This document shows, piece by piece, positions 25,135 through 38,689 of a stretch of DNA of 64,000 nt. The stretch is from Octopus sinensis (taxonomy: Eukaryota): the NCBI RefSeq assembly GCF_006345805.1, contig NC_043005.1, forward strand, positions 62,001 through 126,000. Direction: 5' to 3'. A model generated the notes under the pieces. The model was not told where the DNA came from. It saw only the letters and a list, made by a program, of their open reading frames with translations, and made no database searches. The first letter of the stretch is position 1; each line of letters begins with the position of its first letter. The position numbers and the translations under genes are program-made.

Positions 25135-25325
25135 ATATATGTTGTGACTGGGGAGGGTCATATTGTCCATGCCTTGATATCCATCACACTCACACCGTTT
25201 CATTTCTGCACATTCATTATCGATATTTCTTCTTCCAAAATTCTCGTTGCTTTTGCAAGCTTGTCGATGGATATTGACTCTGTCCGTTATTGGAGATGCG
25301 TTCTTCGTTGCCTGTTTGTGAGCAT
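25135..25325 (-). repeat. Unclassified dispersed repeat, copy B (abuts the satellite)
   Basis: Diverged inverted copy of 21800-22000. Confidence 0.6.
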
Positions 25326-28300
25326 ATGTGTGCGTCAGTGTGCATGTGTGCGTCAGTGTGCATGTGTGCGTCAGTGTGCATGTGTGCGTCAGTGTGCATG
25401 TGTGCGTCAGTGTGCATGTGAGCGTCAGTGTGCATGTGTGCAAATGTGCATGTGTGCGTCAGTGTGCATGTGTGCGTCAGTGTGCATGTGTGCGTCAGTG
25501 TGCATGTGTGCGTCAGTGTGTATGTGTGCGTCAGTGTGCATGTGAGCGTCAGTGTGCATGTGTGCAAATGTGCATGTGTGCGTCAGTGTGCATGTGTGCG
25601 TCAGTATGCATGTGTGCGTCAGTGTGCATGTGTGCGTCAGTGTGCATGTGTGCAAATGTGCATGTGTGCGTCAGTGTGCATGTGTGCGTCAGTGTGCATG
25701 TGTGCGTCAGTGTGCATGTGTGCGTCAGTGTGCATGTGTGCGTCAGTGTGCATGTGTGCGTCAGTGTGCATGTGTGCAAATGTGCATGTGTGCGTCAGTG
25801 TGCATGTGTGCGTCAGTGTGCATGTGTGCGTCAGTGTGCATGTGTGCGTCAGTGTGCATATGTGCGTCAGTGTGCATGTCTGCGTCAGTGTGCATGTGTG
25901 CGTCAGTGTGCATGTGTGCGTCAGTGTGCATGTGTGCAAATGTGTATGTGTGCGTCAGTGTGCATGTGTGCGTCAGTGTGCATGTGTGCGTCAGTGTGCA
26001 TGTGTGCAAATGTGCATGTGTGCGTCAGTGTGCATGTGTGCGTCAGTGTGCATGTGTGCGTCAGTGTGCATGTGTGCGTCAGTGTGCATGTGTGCGTCAG
26101 TGTGCATATGTGCGTCAGTGTGCATGTGTGCAAATGTACATGTGTGCGTCAGTGTGCATGTGTGCAAATGTGCATGTGTGCGTCAGTGTGCATGTGTGCG
26201 TCAGTGTGCATGTGTGCGTCAGTGTGCATGTGTGCAAATGTGCATGTGTGCGTCAGTGTGCATGTGTGCGTCAGTGTGCATGTGTGCATCAGTGTGCATG
26301 TGTGCGTCAGTGTGCATGTGTGCGTCAGTGTGCATGTGTGCAAATGTGCATGTGTGCGTCAGTGTGCATGTGTGCGTCAGTGTGCGTCAGTGTGCATGTG
26401 TGCGCCAGTGTGCATGTGTGCGTCAGTGTGCATATGTGCGTCAGTGTGCATGTGTGCGTCAGTGTGCATGTGTGCGTCAGTGTGCATGTGTGCAAATGTG
26501 CATGTGTGTGTCAGTGTGCATGTGTGCAAATGTGCATGTGTGCGTCAGTGTGCATGTGTGCGTCAGTGTGCATGTGTGCGTCAGTGTGCATGTGTGCGTC
26601 AGTGTGCATGTGAGCGTCAGTGTGCATGTGTGCAAATGTGCATGTGTGCGTCAGTGTGCATGTGTGCGTCAGTGTGCATGTGTGCGTCAGTGTGCATGTG
26701 TGCGTCAGTGTGCATGTGTGCGTCAGTGTGCATGTGTGCAAATGTGCATGTGTGCGTCAGTGTGCATGTGTGCGTCAGTGCATGTGTGCGTCAGTGTGCA
26801 TGTGTGCGTCAGTGTGCATGTGTGCAAATGTGCATGTGTGCGTCAGTGTGCATGTGTGCGTCAGTGTGCATGTGTGTGCGTCAGTGTGCATGTGTGCGTC
26901 AGTGTGCATGTGTGCAAATGTACATGTGTGCGTCAGTGTGCATGTGTGCAAATGTGCATGTGTGCGTCAGTGTGCATGTGTACGTCAGCGTGCATGTGTG
27001 CGTCAGTGTGCATGTGTGCGTCAGTGCATGTGTGCGTCAGTGGCATGTGTGCAAATGTGCATGTGTGCGTCAGTGTGCATGTGTGCGTCAGTGTCCATGT
27101 GTGCGTCAGTGTGCATGTGTGCGTCAGTGTGCATGTGTGCGTCAGTGTGCATGTGTGCGTCAGTGTGCATGTGTGCAAATGTGCATGTGTGCGTCAGTGT
27201 GCATGTGTGCAAATGTGCATGTGTGCGTCAGTGGCATGTGTGCGTCAGTGTGCAGTGTGCAAATGTGCATGTGTGCGTCAGTGTGCATGTGTGCGTCAGT
27301 GTGCATGTGTGCGTCAGTGTGCATGTGTGCAAATGTGCATGTGTGCGTCAGTGTGCATGTCTGCGTCAGTGTGCATGTGTGCGTCAGTGTGCATGTGTGC
27401 GTCAGTGTGCATGTGTGCGTCAGTGTGCATGTGTGCGTCAGTGTGCATGTGTGCGTCAGTGTGCATGTGTGCGTCAGTGTGCATGTGTGCGTCAGTGTGC
27501 ATGTCTGCGTCAGTGTGCATGTGTGCGTCAGTGTGCATGTGTGCGTCAGTGTGCATGTGTGCGTCAGTGTGCATGTGTGCGTCAGTGTGCATGTCTGCGT
27601 CAGTGTGATGTGTGCGTCAGTGTGCATGTCTGCGTCAGTGTGCATGTGTGCGTCAGTGTGCATGTGTGCAAATGTGCATGTGTGCGTCAGTGTGCATGTG
27701 TGCGTCAGTGTGCATGTGTGCGTCAGTGTGCATGTGTGCGTCAGTGTGCATGTGTGCAAATGTGCATGTGTGCGTCAGTGTGCATGTGTGCGTCATGTGC
27801 ATGTGTGCGTCAGTGTGCATGTGTGCGTCAGTGTGCATGTGTGCAAATGTGCATGTGGTGCAGTGTGCATGTGTGCGTCAGTGTGCATGTGTGCGTCAGT
27901 GTGCATGTGTGCGTCAGTGTGCATGTGTGCGTCAGTGTGCATGTGTGCGTCAGTGTGCATGTGTGCGTCAGTGTGCATGTGTGCGTCATGTGTGTGTGTG
28001 TATGTGTGCGTCAATGTGCATGTGTGCGTCAGTGTGCATGTGTGTCAGTGTGCATGTGTGCGTCAGTGTGTATGTGTGCGTCAATGTGCATGTGTGCGTC
28101 AGTGTGCATGTGTGCGTCAGTGTGCATGTGTGCGTCAGTGTGTATGTGTGCGTCAATGTGCATGTGTGCGTCAGTGTGTGCATGTGTGCGTCAGTGTGCA
28201 TGTGTGCGTCAGTGTGCATGTGTGCGTCAGTGTGCATGTGTGCAAATGTGCATGTGTGCGTCAGTGTGCATGTGTGCGTCAGTGTGCATGTGCGCAAATG

Positions 28301-31300
28301 TGCATGTGTGCGTCAGTGTGCATGTGTGCAAATGTGCATGTGTGCGTCAGTGTGCATGTGTGCAAATGTGCATGTGTGCGTCAGTGTGCATGTGTGCGTC
28401 AGTGTGCATGTGTGCGTCAGTGTGCATGTGTCGTCTGTGTGCATGTGTGCGTCAGTGTGCATGTGTGCGTCAGTGTGCATGTGTGCAAATGTGCATGTGT
28501 GCGTCAGTGTGCATGTGTGCGTCAGTGTGCATGTATGCGTCAGTGTGCATGTGTGCGTCAGTGTGCATGTGTGCGTCAGTGTGCATGTGTGCGTCAGTGT
28601 GCATGTGTGCGTCAGTGTGTATGTGTGCGTCAATGTGCATGTGTGCGTCAGTGTGCATGTGTGCGTCAGTGTGCATGTGTGCAAAAGTGCATGTGTGCGT
28701 CAGTGTGCATGTGTGCGTCAGTGTGCATGTGTGCGTCAGTGTGCATGTGTGCGTCAGTGTGCATGTGTGTGTCAGTGTGCATGTGTGCAAATGTGCATGT
28801 GTGCAAATGTGCATGTGTGCGTCAGTGTGCATGTGTGCGTCAGTGTGCATGTGTGCGTCAGTGTGCATGTGTGCGTCAGTGTGCATGTGTGCGTCAGTGT
28901 GCATGTGTGCGTCAGTGTGCATGTGTGCGTCAGTGTGCATGTGTGCGTCAGTGTGCATGTGTGCGTCAGTGTGCATGTGTGCAAATGTGCATGTGTGTGT
29001 CAGTGTGCATGTGTGCGTCAGTGTGCATGTGTGCGTCAGTGTGCATGTGTGCGTCAGTGTGCATGTGTGCGTCAGTGTGCATGTGTGCGTCAGTGTGCAT
29101 GTGTGCGTCAGTGTGCATGTGTGCAAATGTGCATATGTGCATCAGTGTGCATGTGAGCGTCAGTGTGCATGTGTGCGTCAGTGTGCATGTGTGCGTCAGT
29201 GTGCATGTGTGCGTCAGTGTGCATGTGTGCGTCAGTGTGCATGTGTGCGTCAGTGTGCATGTGTGCGTCAGTGTGCATGTGTGCGTCAGTGTGCATGTGT
29301 GCGTCAGTGTGCATGTGTGCGTCAGTGTGCATGTGTGCGTCAGTGTGCATGTGTGCGTCAGTGTGCATGTGTGCAAATGTGCATGTGTGCGTCAGTGTGC
29401 ATGTGTGCAAATGTGCATGTGTGCGTCAGTGTGCATGTGTGCGTCAGTGTGCATGTGTGCGTCAGTGTGCATGTGTGCGTCAGTGTGCATGTGTGCGTCA
29501 GTGTGCATGTGTGCAAATGTGCATGTGTGCGTCAGTGTGCATGTGTGCGTCAGTGTGCATGTGTGCGTCAGTGTGCATGTGTGCGTCAGTGTGCATGTGT
29601 GCGTCAGTGTGCATGTGTGCGTCAGTGTGCATGTGTGCGTCAGTGTGCATGTGTGCAAATGTGCATGTGTGCGTCAGTGTGCATGTGTGCGTCAGTGTGC
29701 ATGTGTGCAAATGTGCATGTGTGCGTCAGTGTGCATGTGTGCGTCAGTGTGCATGTGTGCGTCAGTGTGCATGTGTGCGTCAGTGTGCATGTGTGCAAAT
29801 GTGCATGTGTGCGTCAGTGTGCATGTGTGATCAGTGTGCATGTGTGCGTCAGTGTGCATGTGTGCAAATGTGCATGTGTGCGTCAGTGTGCATGTCTGCG
29901 TCAGTGTGCATGTGTGCGTCAGTGTGCATGTGTGCGTCAGTGTGCATGTGTGCGTCAGTGTACATGTGTGCGTCAGTGTGCATGTGTGCGTCAGTGTGCA
30001 TGTGTGCGTCAGTGTGCATGTGTGCGTCAGTGTGCATGTGTGCGTCAGTGTGCATGTGTGCGTCAGTGTGCATGTCTGCGTCAGTGTGCATGTGTGCGTC
30101 AGTGTGCATGTGTGCGTCAGTGTGCATGTGTGCGTCAGTGTGCATGTGTGCGTCAGTGTGCATGTCTGCGTCAGTGTGCATGTCTGCGTCAGTGTGCATG
30201 TGTGCGTCAGTGTGCATGTCTGCGTCAGTGTGCATGTGTGCGTCAGTGTGCATGTGTGCAAATGTGCATGTGTGCGTCAGTGTGCATGTGTGCGTCAGTG
30301 TGCATGTGTGCAAATGTGCATGTGTGCGTCAGTGTGCATGTGTGCGTCAGTGTGCATGTGTGCGTCAGTGTGCATGTGTGCAAATGTGCATGTGTGCGTC
30401 AGTGTGCATGTGTGCGTCAGTGTGCATGTGTGCGTCAGTGTGCATGTGTGCGTCAGTGTGCATGTGTGCGTCAGTGTGCATGTTGTGCAAATGTGCATGT
30501 GTGTGTCAGTGTTCATGGTGTGCGTCAGTGTGCATGTGTGCGTCAGTGTGCATGTGTGCGTCAGTGTGCATGTGTGCGTCAGTGTGCATGTGTGCGTCAG
30601 TGTGTATGTGTGCGTCAATGTGCATGTGTGCGTCAGTGTGCATGTGTGCGTCAGTGTGCATGTGTGCGTCAGTGTGTATGTGTGCGTCAATGTGCATGTG
30701 TGCGTCAGTGTGCATGTGTGCGTCAGTGTGCATGTGTGCGTCAGTGTTTATGTGTGCGTCAATGTGCATGTGTGCGTCAGTGTGCATGTGTGCGTCAGTG
30801 TGCATGTGTGCGTCAGTGTGCATGTGTGCAAATGTGCATGTGTGCGTCAGTGTGCATGTGTGCGTCAGTGTGCATGTGTGCGTCAGTGTGCATGTGTGCG
30901 TCCGTGTGCATGTGTGCGTCAGTGTGCATGTGTGTGCAAATGTGCATGTGTGCGTCAGTGTGCATGTGTGCGTCAGTGCATGTGTGCGTCAGTGTGCATG
31001 TGTGCGTCAGTGTGCATGTGTGCAAATGTGCATGTGTGCGTCAGTGTGCATGTGTGCGTCAGTGTGCATGTGTGCGTCAGTGTGCATGTGTGCAAATGTG
31101 CATGTGTGCGTCAGTGTGCATGTGTGCGTCAGTGTGCATGTGTGCGTCGTGTGCATGTGTGCGTCAGTGTGCATGTGTGCAAATGTGCATGTGTGTGCGT
31201 CAGTGTGCATGTGTGCGTCAGTGTGCATGTGTGCGTCAGTGTGCATGTGTGCGTCAGTGTGCATGTGTGCGTCAGTGTGCATGTGTGCGTCAGTGTGCAT

Positions 31301-32900
31301 GTGTGCAAATGTGCATGTGTGCGTCAGTGTGCATGTGTGCGTCAGTGTGCATGTGTGCGTCAGTGTGCATGTGTGCGTCAGTGTGCATGTGTGCGTCAGT
31401 GTGCATGTGTGCGTCAGTGTGCATGTGTGCAAATGTGCATGTGTGCGTCAGTGTGCATGTGTGCAAATGTGCATGTGTGCGTCAGTGTGCATGTGTGCGT
31501 CAGTGTGCATGTGTGCGTCAGTGTGCATGTGTGCGTCAGTGTGCATGTGTGCGTCAGTGTGCATGTGTGCGTCAGTTTGCATGTGTGCAAATGGCATGTG
31601 TGCGTCAGTGTGCATGTGTGCGTCAGTGTGCATGTATGCGTCAGTGTGCATGTGTGCGTCAGTGTGCATGTGTGCGTCAGTGTGCATGTGTGCGTCAGTG
31701 CGTATGTGTGCGTCAATGTGCATGTGTGCGTCAGTGTGCATGTGTGCGTCAGTGTGCATGTGTGCAAATGTGCATGTGTGCGTCAGTGTGCATGTGTGCG
31801 TCAGTGTGCATGTGTGCGTCAGTGTGCATGTGTGCGTCAGTGTGCATGTGTGCGTCAGTGTGCATGTGTGCGTCAGTGTGCATGTGTGCGTCAGTGTGCA
31901 TGTGTGTGTCAGTGTGCATGTGTGCAAATGTGCATGTGTGCGTCAGTGTGCATGTGTGCGTCAGTGTGCATGTGTGCTTCATGTGCATGTGTGCGTCAGT
32001 GTGCATGTGTGCGTCAGTGTGCATGTGTGCGTCAGTGTGCATGTGTGCAATGTGCATGTGTGGTCAGTGTGCATGTGTGCGTCAGTGTGCATGTGTGCGT
32101 CAGTGTGCATGTGTGCGTCAGTGTGCATGTGTGCAAATGTGCATGTGTGCGTCAGTGTGCATGTGAGCGTCAGTGTGCATGTGTGCGTCAGTGTGCATTG
32201 TGTGCGTCAGTGTGCATGTGTGCAAATGTGCACGTGTGCGTCAGTGTGCATGTGTGCGTCAGTGTGCATGTGTGCAAATGTGCATGTGTGCGTCGTCAGT
32301 GTGCATGTGAGCGTCAGTGTGCATGTGTGCGTCAGTGTGCATGTGTGCGTCAGTGTGCATGTGTGCGTCAGTGTGCATGTGTGCGTCAGTGTGCATGTGT
32401 GCAAATGTGCATGTGTGCGTCAATGTGCATGTGTGCAAATGTGCATGTGTGCGTCAGTGTGCATGTGTGCAAATGTGCATGTGTGTGTCAGTGTACATGT
32501 GTGCGTCAGTGTTCATGTGTGCGTCAGTGTGCATGTGTGCGTCAGTGTGCATGTGTGCGTCAGTGTGCATGTGTGCGTCAGTGTGCATGTGTGCGTCAGT
32601 GTGCATGTGTGCAAATGTGCATGTGTGCGTCAGTGTGCATGTGTGCGTCAGTGTGCATGTGTGCGTCAGTGTGCATGTGTGCGTCAGTGTGCATGTGTGC
32701 GTCAGTGTGCATATGTGCGTCAGTGTGCATGTGTGCGTCAGTGTGCATGTGTGCAATGTGCATGTGTGCGTCAGTGTGCATGTGTGCGTCAGTGTGCATG
32801 TGTGCGTCAGTGTGCATGTGTGCAAATGTGCATGTGTGCGTCAGTGTGCATGTGTGCGTCAGTGTGCATGTGTGCGTCAGTGTGCATGTGTGCAATGTGC
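25325..32900. repeat. About 7.6 kb tandem satellite, 18-bp unit TGTGCGTCAGTGTGCATG with interspersed 16-bp variant TGTGCAAATGTGCATG
   Basis: Direct inspection. The period explains the CVRQCA/MCASVC/VCVSVH six-residue ORF repeats. Confidence 0.97.
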
Positions 32901-33107
32901 ATGTGTATGCACATGCATGCAATTATGCGTATATGTATGAAAGTATGTATGCATGTATGTATACATATATATATATACATGTATACACATATACATACAC
33001 ATTTGCGGTGTGTGTGTGTTCTTGCTTGTCCGTATTACCTATGTACCTATCTATTTCTACTTAACTATGTATCTATCTGTTTATTTACATATCCATTTAT
33101 CTACCTA

Positions 33108-33164
<57 letters not shown>

Positions 33165-33178
33165 CAAAGTGGAGTTGT

Positions 33179-33210
<32 letters not shown>

Positions 33211-33336
33211 CGCACGTATAATGGTATTTTCTATATAAGCTTAAAGTTTATGGCGATCACTGTGCAATGACTAAGGAAGATATTCTAATAAAGGGGCATA
33301 TATACCCTCGACAGCAAAAAAGGGGAGCTTGTCTAT

Positions 33337-33414
33337 CCGCGTAGGAGTCGAACCTATATCCCTTTGTTAACGCGACAAAGTGTGTTACCTTTGCACAAGT
33401 GAATCAGCCTCCCC
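33337..33414 (-). mobile_element. Degenerate tRNA-like (SINE head) remnant
   Basis: B box GGTTCGACTCC on the minus strand. The rest does not fold as a tRNA. Confidence 0.35.
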
Positions 33415-33508
33415 ATTTAAGTCAAATTTACCATTATTATTATTTACAGGATTGTAAAAACGGCGTCGTATAAAAAAAACATTCGCACCGAAGGCATATA
33501 CATATATA

Positions 33509-33936
33509 TTAAGTTGGCAACTAAGTTCCCGCCGTTTATTCAAATTTTGGAATCTATTTTTTTTCGAGAATTCTATTTTTAAATCATTTTGGAATCTATT
33601 TTGTTTGTTTGTTTTTCTAGTTAATTTTAGTTACTTTTTGTTTATTTTCAGATCATTAAAATGGAATGTCAAGTTAAGAAAAACGAGCATTTTCGACACC
33701 TCCTTCTTTTCGCATTTAATCAAGATTCTAAGGCTGCAAAAGCTGCTCGCGACATTTATGCTGTGTATGGAGAGGGTGCCATAGCCGAAAGTACCGCTCG
33801 TGATTGGTATGCCAAGTTCAAAAATATAAATTTTAACCTCAAAGACGCACCTCATTCTGGCCGTCCAGTTGAGTTCGATGAAGAGCGATTAAACCAACTT
33901 TTGCACGAAACTTCTCGTCAAACGACAAGGGAACTC
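33509..33936 (+). mobile_element. mariner 5' fragment (same family as 15232-16494)
   Basis: TIR ttaagttggcaactaagtt. MECQVKKNEHFRH...SGRPVEFDEERLNQLLHE, truncated at RQTTREL. Confidence 0.9.
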
Positions 33937-35030
33937 CAGCGCTTTGTTTCTTCCCTGCCGAGGGGATGGTGAGTGCTCTTCCCCTCTGTGACCTGGTGGG
34001 GCAGAATCTACTAAGGTCAAGGTTGTCTAGATAGTTACAGTCATAGCTTAATTTAAGGAGGAGGCGCAGTTCCCTCTTGTTGACTTCACGGAACTCTACT
34101 TAACTCTCACAGATAGTCTCAATGCGTTTCTCCACAGCAAAATCTATGTCTATAGATGGGTAGAGTGAAATTACATCCACACTACCCACTACACAACCTG
34201 TCGTTGGAGTGGTTGCAACTACTGATTCTATTGAGGAGATCCTCCGGGCTCATACAGGCATCTAGGAACATTTCAGTGAGTGGTCGTAACATCTGTGAGA
34301 GGAAGTAAGATAGCCTATAATTGCTAGAGATATTCGCTCCGCAAACTGGCTGGGTTGGCGGCCCCAAAATAGGGTTTAGGTAGGGTTTATGGTCTATTCA
34401 TAACCCGACATCGTTATTGAATGCTTGGAAATTTTGTGCAGTCTTTTTCCAGGGTGAAAGTGTGTTGCACCACATTCCATGTGTGCATTGAGGAGTTTTC
34501 CACTCTTTCATGTTCCTGTGGTGCAACTTCTCTCATGCTATTGATGAGTTGTTGCATGGTTTGGACATAGTTCTGTGAGATGTCTATTGACAGTCTGCCA
34601 GGCTTGTCCGTAGGGAGGCACACTAATTCCCTGTTCATAATTCGCTGTTTCAGCTTTTGTAGGCCTTTGGCGACGAATGAACTGAGTTGGTGGACCACCC
34701 CCTCATTATGCTTTTAAGTGGTTTTGTTGTATCGGTCCAAGATGAATCGGAGTCTATTTCTAGCTAAAGAAATGTTTGCCTCTGTCTCGCTGTCATTCAA
34801 CCCTTTTGTTGAAGGGTAAGTCTGTGGGGTAGATCCTCGTCGTTTCGTACGATTTGGCGTTGGAGTTATAGAAGGCAGAGTCAAGGGTGCTACCGCTATC
34901 ACTACTGTTGCAGCAGTTATTGTTGTTGTTGCTGGTGTTGTGTTCATTGTCGATGTTGTTATTGATGTTGTTGTTGAGGTTGTTGTTGCTGGTGGTGTTG
35001 ATAGTGACAGGCACATAGACTGATAGATAG
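33937..35030 (-). mobile_element. Penelope-like element, N-terminal region and RT domains (degenerate)
   Basis: LVCLPTDKPGRLSI, PVCGANISSNYRLSYFLSQMLRPL, SVDVISLYPSIDIDFAVEK (PLE RT motif). Confidence 0.75.
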
Positions 35031-35085
35031 AGATTAGATGTGTTATGTGTGTGCCTGTAATATAATATATATATATATATATATA

Positions 35086-36823
35086 TCAACAATCAAGGAA
35101 CGGCCATAATAGGCCATTCACCCACTAGAAATAACAGCCAAAGCTGTTTTTTAAATTTTTTCTCCTGGTTTACGGAATTAATTTTTATTTGCGGTTGAAG
35201 CTTTGGCTGTTATTTCTAGTGGGTGAATGGCCTATTATGGCCGTTCCTTGATTGTTGATGTTGAACTTAAAAATGGTCTATGACTATTTAATTTTTTCCA
35301 CTAGGCGCTGGTGGCAAAAGAATTCTACAAAATTTTTTTGCCACCCTATATTGATTAATTATGAATTTTCTGGTTAATTCCGTAATGGAATCGACGGCTT
35401 ATATTTATTTGCTGCGATAAATTTGGCGCGAGTGCGACGATTTGAAAATTTTAGGTCAGATATAACCTTGGCAAGGTCGGATTTGCCTCGTGAAAATATC
35501 TGTTCCGACTTGGGCTATTTCTTACTGAAGAATCTGAGGGCCTTTGGAAGATTGGCTTGATTTAATTTAATCAGGTTAGTTTACCATTAATCAGCAGATG
35601 AAACGGTATATCGTATAAGAAATTACAAGGTAAATGTTTTTTAAATTTTCTCCTGGTTTACGGAATTAATTTTTATTTGCGGTTGAAGCTTTGGCTGTTA
35701 TTTCTAGTGGGTGAATGGCCTATTATGGCCGTTCCTTGATTGTTGATGTTGAACTTAAAAATGGTCTATGACTATTTAATTTTTTCCCACTAGGCCGCTG
35801 GTGGCAAAAGAATTCTACAAAATTTTTTTTGCCACCCTATATTGATTAATTATGAATTTTCTGGTTAATTCCGTAATGGAATCGACGGCTTATATTTATT
35901 TGCTGCCGATAAATTTGGCGCGAGTGCGACGATTTGAAAATTTTAGGTCAGATATAACCTTGGCAAGGTCGATTTGCCTCGTGAAAATATCTGTTCCGAC
36001 TTGGGCTATTTCTTACTGAAGAATCTGAGGGCCTTTGGAAGATTGCTTGATTTAATTTAATCAGGTTAGTTTACCATTAATCAGCAGATGAAACGGTATA
36101 TCGTATAAGAAATTACAAGTAATGTTTTTTAAATTTTTCCTCCTGGTTTACGGAATTAATTTTTATTTGCGGTTGAAGCTTTGGCTGTTATTTCTAGTGG
36201 GTGGAATGGCCTATTATGGCCGTTCCTTGATTGTTGATGTTGAACTTAAAAATGGTCTATGACTATTTAATTTTTTCCCACTAGGCCGCTGGTGGCAAAA
36301 GATTCTACAAAATTTTTTTTGCCACCCTATATTGATAATTATGAATTTTCTGGTTAATTCCGTCATGGAATCGACGGCTTATATTTATTTGCTGCCGATA
36401 AATTTGGCGCGCAGTGCCGATTTGAAAATTTTTAGGTCGAATATAACCTTGGCAAGTCGGATTTGCCTCGTGAAAATATCTGTTCCGACTTGGCTATTTC
36501 TTACTGAAGAATCTGAGGGCCTTTGGAAGATTGGCTTGATTTATTAATCAGTTAGTTTACCATTAATCAGCAGATGAAACGGTATATCGTATAAGAAATT
36601 ACCAGGTAAATGTTTTTTAAATTTTCTCCTGGTTTACGGAATAATTTTATTTGCGGTTGAAGCTTTGGCTGTTTTATTTCTAGTGGGTGATATGGCCTAT
36701 TATGGCCGTTCCTTGATTGTTGATGTTGAACTTAAAAATGGTCTATGACTATTTAATTTTTTCCCACTAGGCCGCTGGTGGCAAAAGAATTTACAAATTT
36801 TTTTTGTGCCACCCTATATTGAT

Positions 36824-36826
<3 letters not shown>
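35086..36826. repeat. About 490-bp tandem repeat (3.4 copies) headed by a ~58-bp inverted segment, embedded in (TA)n
   Basis: Copy starts at 35145, 35635, 36123 and 36611. 35086-35144 is the reverse complement of about 35198-35258. Confidence 0.9.
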
Positions 36827-36886
<60 letters not shown>

Positions 36887-37084
36887 GTGTGTGTGTGTGC
36901 ATACGCATATACGTATTATATATATATATATATATATACACCTACACACACATATGTATAAGTACATATATACAAACAGACAACCACAAATATATACGCA
37001 CATACGTATGTACGTAATATATAATACATAAATACATACATGCATGCATACATACATCGTAAATGCATGCAGGTATACATACAC

Positions 37085-37474
37085 AAATGGGGCTTGGGAT
37101 ATGTAACACACTGCCTAAATACCGATCTTGAGAAATTAGGCTTCTCAAAACCATAGACTAAAGTTCCAATCCATCACTGGAACTGTAAAAATCTGTAAAA
37201 CATTCCAGAAGTTTATCATTTAAATATATATGAGCATGTTTATGTATGCAACTATATGCATGAGAATACACAGATAAAGCAAAACATAAAAATCTGCACA
37301 TATACATACATACAACAAAAAAATACCCCGTTAATGATGTTCAATTCCAATGAAGGAGGCTTGAATCTAGGTCAGAAACCAGCTCTTTCTCTATTGGCAA
37401 GAAATATTGAAATAAAACTGAACACTGGCATACATACATACATACATACATACATACATACATACATACATACA

Positions 37475-37505
<31 letters not shown>

Positions 37506-37690
37506 GCTCTGGTGTTGAAATCAGCTGCCCTCTGGACACCAATGTGCTCAGAAAAAACATAAGAGAAAGAGGATATTTATGGACAATAGTTACGCAGGTA
37601 CAAATCCAGTACCCAAGATACACTTTCAGTTTCATACGTATTATTGTTCGAACAACAGGATTCATACTATCTCCTCTTAACTTGGGTTCT
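37085..37690 (+). mobile_element. RLE-type LINE C-terminal fragments interrupted by (ATAC)n
   Basis: GALGYVTHCLNTDLEKLGF...TGTVKICKTF (37087-37215) and VEISCPLDTNV (37510-37690). Same family as 39935-40700. Confidence 0.65.
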
Positions 37691-38689
37691 TAAAGAGAGA
37701 ACGCAAATTCTTAATTCATACTCTATAAATAATCTCGATATCCGGGGCTTAAACAATTCTGCAAGACCTTAGCAATTAAAGTATGATGGTTAAAACCAGA
37801 TACATTCCTTCACAAACTTGCTTCTTTTATAGCTGGTTTGGTTACTGCTTGTAGCCGCGTTTCCTTATCCTTTGTGTAACGCTACATGTATATGTTTCCT
37901 ATTTGGAATTAGATAATAAATATATTTTACTTTTGAAGTAGGAATATATATTGATAAACACGTCACTTATAGCTTACTTATAAGTGTTATCCTTATAGAT
38001 AAATCCTGACTCCAGCTACATAAACACCATAGCGAGAAATATATACTCTGAAACGCTAACGAACATTTTATGCGTGCATGTATGTTGAAGATAAACAAAT
38101 TGGTGTTCTTTTAACTGCTATAAAAAAACAGTTTTACAATTGCAGAAATAAATTTCATTAACTAGTTGAAGAACGTGAAGAAAGAGAAAATAATTACTAC
38201 ATTATTTTATTAATGTGCTTTTAGCATTTATAGTACAATTGGAAAGTAAAGTCATTTTGTCGCAAAGAATTACGACTTAAAATTCACACTAGCTAATCCT
38301 TCATACTAACTGCTAGAGTTTACAACAATTAACATAAGTCTTGTTGGATCTTTATCATAGACATGGCATAAAGAATAGCCAATATCTCAAGGAGTGAGTG
38401 TCGTGGAGTTTAGCAATATTCCTACGAACACTGAGTAATCTCCCAAAAATCAGGGTTTTTATAACTGCTCATATCCGAATTCTAAGATCCGAACCGGTAT
38501 TTCGTGAAAGATTTCTTTGACGAAAGTTTAGAATTCGTATATGGGAAATAATTTTAACCAATGGGATTACCAACAATTAGGCTTGTTCAGGCAAACGACC
38601 ATCACATCATATTGCCGCCTTTTATAACTTGCTACACGACTAAGGAGGTGGTCGGTCAAAGTTTACTTTGAATTAAAAGTGAAAAAGAA

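Noticed and set aside
25328-33164. Very long Cys-rich ORFs (up to 1848 aa) and His/Thr-rich antisense ORFs
   Set aside because: Products of a stop-free 18-bp satellite translated in all frames; no domain structure.
35525-35556. CTGAAGA + ATCT/AGAT stem in the 490-bp unit as a hammerhead
   Set aside because: No GAAA or NUH after stem II.
25325-36826. CRISPR-like interpretation of the repeat arrays
   Set aside because: No unique spacers, no cas genes, eukaryotic context.
37978-38047. Minus-strand candidate exon with CAG acceptor and GTAAGC donor
   Set aside because: The only open frame (SIYFSLWCLCSW...) has no lipoxygenase or PLAT resemblance; splice signals alone are insufficient.
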